From the NCBI RefSeq assembly GCF_031769215.1, contig NW_026781915.1, forward strand, positions 2,480,001 through 2,544,000: a stretch of DNA of 64,000 nucleotides. The letters are read 5' to 3'. This document shows positions 42,313-52,480 of this stretch, in pieces. Below the pieces are notes generated by a model. It did no database searches. It saw nothing but the letters and a program-made list of their open reading frames with translations, and was not told where the DNA came from. Numbering within the stretch: position 1 is the stretch's first letter; every line of letters begins with the position of its first letter. The stretch comes from Ylistrum balloti (taxonomy: Eukaryota). Made by a program: the position numbers and the translations under genes.

Positions 42313-45289
42313 ATTGCCCCGAATTAAATCTTATTGCACTAGCTTTGTCCTTTGTTTTGATTTTGCGCAACTGTTTACGTTTTGCAGGAAGTGTATCAGA
42401 ATTCTTCGCGGAGACGACATTATAGGTCACTGATTGGCTAGCGAGAATATTGGGACATGTTTGATTGGTTCGTTGCGTTTCGATGTTAATGCCACATGGC
42501 AGGTCACATGGTTTTGTTTACATCGATCAGCTGAGAGGTTTGAGAAGGCTTACCACTGACTTTACTTCGCAGTTTTCATGTTATGACGCATTTGCATGCC
42601 TAAGCCCTGGATTTCACCTAGTTTTCTTAACAAGAAGGGTCGTCAGCATACCACAATATCTAAATGTTAAAATAGAATAAGTAGACACATACATGGATGC
42701 ACACATATCTAATGTCAAATTAATGACATTTTAACACATAATCATCGAAAAATCGTACATCAACAAATTCTCATGGTAAAGTATTTTGGGTAAAAAAAGT
42801 AGGACATTTTTTGTATCAGTTTCAATATAACTACACGTACTCCTCAAGGACATTTCGATCTTTATCAGCTAGTTTTAATATTTTTTCGTTCTCCCTACTT
42901 GTACAATAACGACAACGTTTTAAACTTTTTAAGTGTACTGTAATTGTGTCACGGTTTTCTGTTCAAAATCAAATCTTCATTCACTCAAAGAACAAGCAGT
43001 GTAGATCTCTACTATCAAATTATTGCTGGTATAATCCAATAGACTCACCCTGTTTCATTTCAACAAATCTAATACAAACATATACGTGCATTAACATTGT
43101 TGCTACATGGTATGAACATACATTGTGTTACAGTACATGAGTAATGTAACGCCAGCTTGCCTCTTCAAGTATTCAAGTGCATGATTTTTTTTATATATAT
43201 ATTTAGGAAAACATACTTATATATAGCAACATTTGGTCTTGTAAATGCTTCATATTTGACTTAATAAGAGACAACTGGTGACATGATCTGCCTAATGCGG
43301 TTAAGTATCAAAATCTATCTGACAAGGAAATACTGGGATTTCCTCACTGTAATGAAATTGATATTATTGACGTCGGAAATCTTTTTCCTCGCTATCTATT
43401 CACTGGAAAACTGTCTTGCCATAATTTGTTTAGTATGTAGGTTGCCAGGTTATGCGGTGATCATGCTCCTCTCCGGAAAAACGGTTAATTAATGGGGAAA
43501 ACTAAAATAAGAAAGATACCGTTTAGTAAAGATAGTAAGTAAAGATACGTACATATGGTTTATACTTTTTACATCATGACGTATCACATGACTACCATAA
43601 CATGGGAAGGCATGGAATATTTGTGTGATATGTGTGACTAAGTATCAAAGCGAGTATCATATATTCATCAAAGACGTGTCCAAGTATTACAGCATCAGAC
43701 TTTGGACCCCGGTGCCAGAGATACGATGCGCGTGGTTCGATATCCATAGTCGGTGCGACCACTTTCTCAAGAAACTGTGTTTATGGATCTCGACCTGTAC
43801 TGTCGTGGTCGTGTCCTTGAGCAAGACTATTTACCCAGATGCTTTGGGCAACATACGACGGGATTCCCGCATACTGTTCAGTGAGATACTGCCTACTACG
43901 AGAAGGCCACAATTCAAAAGAAATCCACCAAGCAAACCCAGTATCACAGCAGTTACAGACGTACATGCATTAAAATAACATAATACAAAAAAGACGTGCC
44001 CCAGTATTCAGATGCGACTACATTCCTTTATAAGAGTCTGCTTGTAAACACGCTCTCCTTGCCAAATAGATGTGCGCCGTACGTTTTCCCTTATAGATGT
44101 AAGGCTACACATATCTTACACGGCAAGTAAGTATAATGTACCACGAAATTCGTTAGGCTAGAACAGTGTCTGGTTTGGCAAACATCCAACTAATCTCTGT
44201 TGTTCATTCCCTTTTGACCAGCTGTTGATAGAATGGCTAGGAATTGAAAACCTGATGACAACGACGACGTTTTCAGTCGATGATAGTAACATCCTCGTTT
44301 ATTCCGTCGCATCACACTATATCCGTCACACTATGCATAAGCCAATTTTATTATTCTATACATTATTTCCATTTGTTCCCCTTGTGTACTGGGAAAAGAT
44401 GGCTGTTTAGATATATATACATCTCTGTTTTCAGTAAACACTCTATTTGAGAATCTGATAACAAAATAATGAATTGATCTAAACCATGATTAGACGCAAC
44501 ACCTTGTCAACCTCAATATACTTAACGAAAATGGACTTATCTTAAGTACGCTTTCCTAAGACACGTAAACATAAATGATTAATTCTCATAGCAATGTACT
44601 CAGAGACGAAACAGAAAGGGACTGTATTTAAATCTGTAAAAGGGTATCGAAAGTAAACTGATGATGATAGCGAAACACGGAGCACCGTACTCGGAAAATG
44701 CACAGAAAATGTGTCAAGGGTGTAGCTGTGACGTGTGTAGATAAACCACAACACGTGACACACTTACCTAAAAATTCTACAGGTAAACATTAAGTTAACA
44801 ATGCTGCATTGTCACTTAACACTTAACCTTGTATCGTATGCCATGGCATGCAGTTTGTTTGACATAATGAATTTATAATTGAATTTTAATAGCAGATGTC
44901 ATATAACAAAGATTTTAATTTGAACTTGTCAACCTTTGACCATTTGCATCGCATCTAGGTCAATAGTTAGGACCTCCTTACGGTCTAAAATACAGCACAC
45001 TATCCAAGGTCGGTCATCTACCGACAAACTAGCTGGTAGGTGACGCCGTACCCGGCACAAACATCATTTCCTTACAGGATAGAGGACGTGTGTACAGTCT
45101 CTCGTTAAATTCTCAGATACAAGTAAGTCTTTCATACTGTTTGTGCTATGGCAATTGTTGATATCATATTTTCCACTACAGTAAACAAAATCTCTACTAA
45201 CAGGAGATGAGGTCAACAGACTTCGAACATACTATCATGTCGATTAAAGACGTTTGAAATACGGTGGTTACATGGGAAGAGAGCAATGA

Positions 45290-46040
45290 GTACATAAGTG
45301 TAAAAGGTACAGGTAGGTACAGGTAGATACAGGTGAGAAATGTTACATGTGAGGCACGGTACGTGTGATAGATGGAAGAGGTGATAAATCTAAAAAAAAA
45401 AAAAATGGAGAGGTGTGAGACATGGTACAGACGAGAGACGGTACGGGTGATGGATGGTCAAATAAGGGAAGTAATGAATACAGGTGAGACATGGTTCAGG
45501 TTAATGGGATACAGGTGAGCAATAGTTACAGGTAAAAAATAGATACTCGTGGGAGATGGTACAGGTGAGAATGGTGAAGAGATTTACGTGAGAGACAGAT
45601 ACATGTGAGACGGATACAGGTGAGTGATTTCACTGATGAATGACAGATACAGGTGATTTGGTGGTTCAAAAGAGAAAGTAACACAGGTGAAAGGCGGATA
45701 CAGCTGAGCGATTGATGCAAGTGACTGATGTAACAGATTGGTGGTAGATTAATACAGTTTACCGTTAAGAAGTGGTAAAAGTGCGAAATGGATATTGGTG
45801 AGAAATGGTACGGAGATATGATACAGGCGAAGAATGCAACACAAATGCCCTATAGGTGAGAGATAGAACAGAGAGGAGGTACAGATTGGTATGTGTGAGA
45901 GACGGTATATATTAGAGAGAGACGATGCAGGTAATATATGGGTACATGTGGGGAATGGTACAGACGAGAGATGGTGAGGAGAATCAAAGGGGATTTATTC
46001 TGAGGGGATATAGGAAAGAGATCGATACAGGCGAGTGATA
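45290..46040. repeat. Degenerate purine-rich repeat of GATACAGGTGAG-like motifs
   Basis: About a dozen ACAGGT(G/A) copies with irregular spacing, e.g. 45308-45335, 45478, 45508, 45558, 45615, 45647, 45683, 46024. Confidence 0.7.
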
Positions 46041-46961
46041 AGTACCCGTTAGTTTTATAATGTATGTCTTTAAAGATTCATATTGTGGTTTTATATTTAA
46101 TATTAATGTCTTTGTCGAACCTCGATGTTCGACAATAAAACAAATAGTAAGTGTACGACTATAAACGTTGAAATATAAACCTTCGAAGGATTTATTACAG
46201 GACTAGATATGTCTTATTTATGCTATATACGGGTGCAATTGTCACGAACAAGCATTTGTTACGAAAACAATGTTATTCTTGTTAATGAAAACATTAATAC
46301 GTCGTGTGTACGTGATGGGGTTGGTTACGAATAGATAAGTCACATATTGTTCCAAAGTACAATGTGTAATCTGTTCACGTGATAAGAGAAGCGCCCGGGT
46401 GACGTACACCTTTTAATAATATGCATAAGATAAGCTTGTGACGGAGCACTTCATCCAAAAAGTATTGTTTCAAGCGGTATGATACAGTGATTATATGGAT
46501 ATAAGTCACAAGCAAATATTCGTCGACCTGGTGTGTAATAAAAATAAGTATAATTTAACTCCTGTTTATGTCGTCGAGATCTTTTTATATTGACAACGAG
46601 ACTGATGTATCGCAAAGATATACAGCGATGCGCGGTTTTGTTTTGTTTTGTTTGTTTTTGTTTTATTTATTTTTTTTTCTAAAATTGCAACAGAAAAATA
46701 CAATACAGTACAATCAAGGAATTCGCCAATAATGATTAGGATTACCCAAGGATTCGTCAAAAACAAATTACTTACAAAAAAACGAGAAATCACGTATGTT
46801 CACTGACCACTTGTTACAATTACTCTTTATCTCGGAAATTACTTAAAATCAATTAAATAGAATCGGCTTGAGCTGATTTGAGATTCACCAACGGAATGAT
46901 AGATTAGATGTATTCAAACGAATGCTCTTTATTCTGGGCCTACATTTGACGTTTTTCGATC

Positions 46962-47075
46962 ACTTTGGATTTTCCTCAGTCGCCTCCTAGGTTTAAAAAT
47001 TAGACCCTTAACATTACTGACGAGACTTGCAAGCTAAAAAAAGAGCTGTATGGCGCAGTTCAATTCATTATTTGA
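46962..47075 (+). mobile_element. Penelope-like repeat relic with hammerhead core (copy E), upstream of SELENOP coding exon
   Basis: Same TTTGGATTTTCCTCAGT..CCTAGGTTT leader; ACATTA-CTGACGA-..-AGCTGTA-TGGCGCAGTTCAATTC. Confidence 0.5.
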
Positions 47076-47230
47076 CTCTGCTATATTTGATTCTAATAAT
47101 TAAATTGTGTTACATGTTGCTATATACATAATATGCGTCTTTTGTATAATCTTAATAAGGCATTAACATAAAGAGAAGTTACATGATTTAGAGTGATTCT
47201 TTTGATCTTGTTCCAGGAGAAAGCACTAAA

Positions 47231-49550
47231 ATGCGGGGCCCCGGCCCTTTGCTGGTCGTGTGGCTAGCCGCCATTCTCGTTGCATCTGCGTGCGGTCAAC
47301 TCTGCACCCGTCCACCAATATGGCGGACGGAGAACGGCACGAGTCCCATGCAGGAAACGGAAGGCAACGTACGAGTGGTGGCTCTACTAAAGGCCAGCTG
47401 AGGATTTTGTGTACAGGTTGCCACAGCGTAAGTATCAAAAACTTTCACGGATAAAACTCGCAGGACTTTGAGAACTTACAGCTCATGGCATTGTGATGTA
47501 TCTACATATAATCGCTTTAATGTTATTCTAGTATTTCTACTTGATAAGATGAAAAACATAGCGCCATATGTAAACACAATTTCTACAAAATACCTTGCAT
47601 GTCTGATCAGGTCTGTGCTAATTTTAGGATTTATTTATAATCATAAATTTATTTTTGTTTTAGACTCGAACGCATCCGGTCCAAGTTCGAACGCCGTGGC
47701 ATAACTGGAATCAAATTCATGATTGTCAATATGAACTTGGACGAGGCACGACAGCAAGTCCAGAATCTTAAAAATGTCGTTAACGAGGTGGAAATTCCGA
47801 TATATCAGGACAACGATGAGTTACAAATTTGGAGAACACTCGGCGGAGACAAAGACTACCTCTACATTTATGACGGGTAAACCTATCTATGATGGCAGAC
47901 AAATACACTTTTTTACTGAAAATTCACAAATGGCATTTTCACATTTCAGATCAGCCTAATAGTATCATCAAGTTTTGTTTGTTTGGATTTTGTTTTTACA
48001 AATGCATGGATATATGAAATGAATCATATAAGCGTACTTTCTATAGAAATTTTTCATTTACTTACAGGTGTGGAATGCACAGATACCTACTGACGTCAGC
48101 CGACATATTGGACCGTGTGCAAAGTTCCATAGATAGGCGCCTTATCAAGCGTCGCATACGCCAGGTAAAACGACGCGATCGGTGCGCCCGGCAATGTCGC
48201 AGGTACAGGCGGCGCTTGATGTCGGCGGAGGACATGGACCGGATGCAGGGACACCAACCACATGTTATATCTATGTCACGTCAAAGGAACTCCGATTCCG
48301 ATGCAAATCGGACACCTGCGTGTATGGAGCGTAACTGCCGAGGACAGAACAATCCACAAAGCAGACACAGATTGATTCATCGGATGTGACGTCACATGTT
48401 GAGACGAGGCCTTCTGGGAGAATCGACACAGTCTTGATTGTGTCCACGCAACTTCCGGGATGTATGTACGTGCACACGTTATCGTCAGTCAGGTAGAATG
48501 CGTTTCTGCGCATGCTCTGAAATCACGCCTTCCATTAACGTGCGTTGTATGTGATATAACTGTAACGAGTTTACTAACGGACATGACGTAGAAATTCCAC
48601 TTGTCCGACCGTCTTGACGACTGTTGACCAGCTGACACTGTAATAGCGACAATAACCTCCAGTCAGCAACATGTCAGTGACCAACAGGACAATCGACTGA
48701 CATTGCTACACCATCATCAGTCTCCTGATCTTGTGATGGAGGTGTCTGCGTATGACAAGGAATTAACGAGTCGTGTATGTGACGGGCGACCGACATGGGA
48801 ACGTCATGAGAATGTCATTTAGACGCGACGTCATGTTTTTGACCTAGGGACGCATCACACGGTGATATGTGACACTGCCAGACAACGTCAACCGGCGTCA
48901 GCGAGAACTCCTGACAGTGACACGGACAACAGAGTGGTCGGAGTAGCGACAGTGTTGTCTGAGAATGACAACACACGACCGGAAACTGTCATTGAAATTG
49001 CGAGGTTTCCAGCAATGGAAACCTTCAGTGACAATGACCAATAGGTCGGACTCCAACTGCTGTTGTCCACTGACGAACCGGAAGTGACACCGGAAGTAGA
49101 TGACATTGACCAACAACCGCCACGGCTGGAAAGACTTGAGAATGCATATCAGGTAGGAACGGTGACCATAGTTCGTGCATGTGAGGCACAGACCAACAGC
49201 CGTGTGGATGACAGTCATTGACATCTGATATGGCATCCGACATCGTCTGACAGTGCGACAGACAGAATAATACGACGGAAATGTGAGCTTGACAGAGTCT
49301 GTCCGGTCATCCGGATGGAACCTGACAATGTCACTCTATCAGCACAGACTGACAATGACAAGGTCTTACTACAGACGGGAACATTTGACAAGAAACTGGG
49401 GTCGTGGGCGCACCCATTTGACCTTGACAACAACAATGACGGTGACCCGTTTCCGCGTGACAATGACGAAGCAGCCGGAATGGGAAGTCACTCTGACTTT
49501 GACAGTCAGCTGGACGCAACTGACAGTGCTCAGGGTCGCATTTAGGGTAG
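47231..49550 (+). CDS. SELENOP: Selenoprotein P with Sec-rich C-terminal tail; about 630 aa, 42 in-frame TGA read as selenocysteine
   Basis: Coding exons 47231-47427 (MRGPGPLLVVWLAAILVASACG signal peptide; VVALLKAS-TGA-GFC = UxxC, TGA at 47399-47401), 47664-47876 (IKFMIVN..IPIYQD..IWRTLGGDKDYLYIYD, SelP N-terminal thioredoxin-like fold) and 48068-49550 (CG.. then 41 in-frame TGA from 48387 to 49523, first TAA/TAG is TAG 49548-49550). Total 1893 nt. SECIS-like hairpin in the 3' UTR. Confidence 0.93.
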
Positions 49551-49817
49551 AAAGGAAACCAAAATTAAGACACCAATTTCAATTTTTTACTGATGCTTAC
49601 AAAAACGCTAAATGACATCAGCAATTATTTGGCGTTTTCTAATTCATATATATAACCTTAATGCTAAAACAAAATATCATTTCTCCAAATACAACTTTTA
49701 ACATACATCAATTGGTAAGAAAAAAGCGAAGTTCAAGAAATGCTACCCCATGCTACTGACCGGGACAATATATATACCATATCAATGGTTTCATGAACGA
49801 GTTGGTCATACAATGGA

Positions 49818-49880
49818 TAGCCTACATGACGGCACTTGGACAAAACCCAGAAGGTATCCAATGTTCAGATAATTTGGCTG
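49818..49880 (+). promoter_or_regulatory. SECIS element (type II/form 2 candidate) in the SELENOP 3' UTR
   Basis: ATGA (49826-49829), 12 nt, AAAA (49842-49845), then GA (49868-49869). Helix I TAGCC/GGCTG; helix II GGCA-C-TTGGA with TCCAA-TGTT; apical minihelix ACC/GGT closing CAGAA. Folded by eye only. Confidence 0.8.
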
Positions 49881-51799
49881 ACCAGTTGACCAAAGCCCTG
49901 ACATGACACTATTGATATTGACAAGAGAATGAATCTATGACATGAAACTGGTATTACACTGTATTGAACATTGTACTGCTGAGGTGTGAATAAGGAAGGA
50001 AGTGGTGAGTATGTGCTGCTAAAATAAATGTATCTTGTTATTTGTACTATGTTTATTAACAATTGTTTGTAAAACAAACAGAAAACAATGCATATATGTG
50101 CATCTGCAATCTCTGTGTCGCTTCTGCGATTACATCTTCGAAATCCAGAATAATTTACACATCATCTCAGCGCCTTTGGAAAGTGACAAGATGATATCAC
50201 AGTAGGCCAATTAATCGATTCGAGAAATGCAAACAAAACGTCCATTAAGATTACAGGAATGCTTACTTCCCTTACTTTTCAGGCCCGTTTACCAAGACAC
50301 ATTCCGAGAATTACAGAAAATAGTCCAATAGACATCCTGAATTTCGAAGATGTTTAACCCCTCCATCGGGGTCATCCATTTATATAATTTATAGTTAGCC
50401 ATTATAAATAATATGTTTAAAATGTTAATAGGCTAGCAACAAAGAACCCGTGAGCAAAACGCATTTTAAGAAGAGAATACGTGTACTTGAAAATAACATT
50501 CCAATAAAATATTCGCATTGTAAATTAGATTGAGTAAATTGCGAAACTTCAACATTGCTGTTTTGCACATGTTTTGTTTGTGACTAGCCCTCATCAAGCC
50601 CCTGTGTTCAGTGTAATCGAGTAAAACATAATTGTGAACGAGAAAACTATATTTGTGTTAACTTATCATTCCCTGTCAGTCTTTAAATAGTGTTACCGCC
50701 ACAATAAATTAGCCATTTAGGTAGAATGTATTTCTATACTCTATTATTTGGATATGTATTTGGGAAGATTGCAACAACAGATGTAGAATTCTAGCTCACA
50801 AGCACCTGTGTCAGAGAGAGTGTGTTTGAGGGAGAGACGTATCGGTAATAATGGTCGGTATGATACACGTGTTCGTCGACCTGTGACGACCCGCCATAAA
50901 GCTAGGGATAGAAGTGGTGGAGTCTGAGGGACTCTAGTCGACCGGTGTATCCTTACGACCACTGTGTGTAAGGAGATTAACACTTCCTTCCTTGTTCAGT
51001 ACTAATGTGAAAAAAATGTTATGAATAATAATAAAAATGATAATAACATACATTCATGTGTTTTTTCTGTCGTATGAGTGAAATAACCGGAGTCTGAAAT
51101 GTAATAAGCTGAAACGATATTCAGGACTTGGCCGCGTGTAACTACTGTAGGAACACGAGCTGGCAGCAACCATTACAAAATGTTTTTTTAATGATTTATG
51201 TTTAGAAACATATCTGGTATGGAGTATATACACTTTACTTATGCATTTTGAAGCCTTTCTAAAACCTACCTCGTTCCAAAGTGAAGGGATGTATACTTGT
51301 TGATCTAAACTCTTTCCAAAACTTGACCCAAAAAACCTTTAAATTGGGTTATAGATAAAAGACACGTTTTATTCTGTAAGTCCAAAAGAAGGAGATCATT
51401 AACTGTCTTAACATTAAATCAAGACCAAAAATGACTGTATGCGTTAAATAGAAGAAAGGTAGGCATATCACAGATACCTCAAGCTGGACGATGACGCGGA
51501 CGGTGAACAACATTAGCTGACAGTTTGCGATAACCTCAGAGCTAAAAAAATATATATGTATATATACACTGCAGTATTGTTTCTCCGTATTTTCAAATGT
51601 TAATATTGAAGACCTTTAATGTAAATATTTGAATTCCCTAAGATAAAATGTCGTATATAAAATATTCCAGAGCAGCAGAATTTTTAAAAAATGCTTCTAG
51701 CCCTAAACGGTCACGAGTTCTATAGTTGTCGTTCTTATCATATACCATAGAAATTGTCTCATTGACAAAGTAAGATTACTTGAACTACATTGTACATAG

Positions 51800-52480
51800 C
51801 ACAAATACAAAATACAACATTATCTGTTATCCCATGCTAATAATTCTAACCAAATTTGCATTATTTCCAATGGAAATGAATGTTCTTCGACGCCATACCC
51901 CCTAGAGGGCATTAAGACACTTAATCCATAAAGAACATTTGATTCTATCATATCTCGGTCTTGAGAAGAAGACTTTTGAAATTTGAGCCAATTTGACACC
52001 ATTTGGTAATGACCATCGCCCCATTGTCAATATGTACATCAAACTGTCACCCGAAACTTATTATTTTTACCAAATATGAATTATTAGCAATGCAAATTCA
52101 ACAACTTATGCTCAGAAATGTAACTCGTCTATATAAACCATATTAAACTTTACCTCCTGTTGGACCCTGGATTCATGAAAATCGCTCATTTGATAAAGCA
52201 CCTAAAGACCCTTCTGTCAATGGAAAGTATTGAATCATACCCCATCTGGTTCTTGAGATCTGAAATTTCAGTGAATTTGATCCCCTTTGCCTTGCACAAC
52301 TGGTCCCTTGGAAGTGGATAATTAACATTTAGCCATGAATGGGCTTTACAAAATTCCATAAAAACAGGTTCAAGTTTTTTTTAGAAGTTGAAAATGTCAC
52401 TTGCTAAGGACAAATGACTCCCGACACTGTACAAAAGACAATTGGAAAAGGTCACTTAGACACTTTGTCTTAAGATGATA
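51800..52480 (-). mobile_element. Degenerate copy of a HINE-like element related to 31303-32009
   Basis: Shared motifs TCTTGAGAAGAAGACTTTTGAAATTT..ATTTGAC, GGATTCATGAAA, and AAAGGTCACTTAG near the end. Confidence 0.4.

Larger units (their letters stand above)
45078..47230 (+). other. Putative SELENOP 5' UTR exons (45078-45122; acceptor at 47217; possible upstream donor at 44783)
   Basis: tttccttacag|45078...45122|gtaagt and ttgttccag|47217 are good splice consensus sites upstream of the ATG. No transcript evidence available. Confidence 0.4.

Noticed and set aside
43625-43978. 117-aa ORF between FBXO and SELENOP
   Set aside because: GTG start, no recognisable domain or splice context. The reverse strand has a SINE-like CTTGCTCAAGGACAC motif, suggesting repeat debris.
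44655-44695. CTGATGA...GAAAC hammerhead-like spacing
   Set aside because: No stem II pairing, and stem III is out of register with a GUH site.
1679-46040. CRISPR-like interpretation of the tandem arrays
   Set aside because: Units are contiguous with no unique spacers, there are no cas genes, and the DNA is eukaryotic.
47399-49523. Reading the TGAs as pseudogene stops or as Trp (mitochondrial-type code)
   Set aside because: No TAA/TAG or frameshift in 491 codons. The TGAs alternate with Cys in CxC-type positions and one occupies the UxxC site. The gene has spliceosomal introns and uses TGG for Trp in its N-domain.
48862-49615. Alternative-frame and antisense ORFs over the SelenoP tail (e.g. 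48862-49044, 49283-49615, 49315-49545, 48898-49236)
   Set aside because: By-products of the TGA-C-rich frame (TGAC reads as Asp or Met-Thr in other frames). They have no splice or domain support, while the TGA frame joins the SelP exons and has a SECIS.
49921-49978. Second SECIS candidate (ATGA-N12-AAA-N18-GA)
   Set aside because: Primary pattern fits but helix II gives only about 4-6 weak pairs by eye; not listed as a feature pending SECISearch3.
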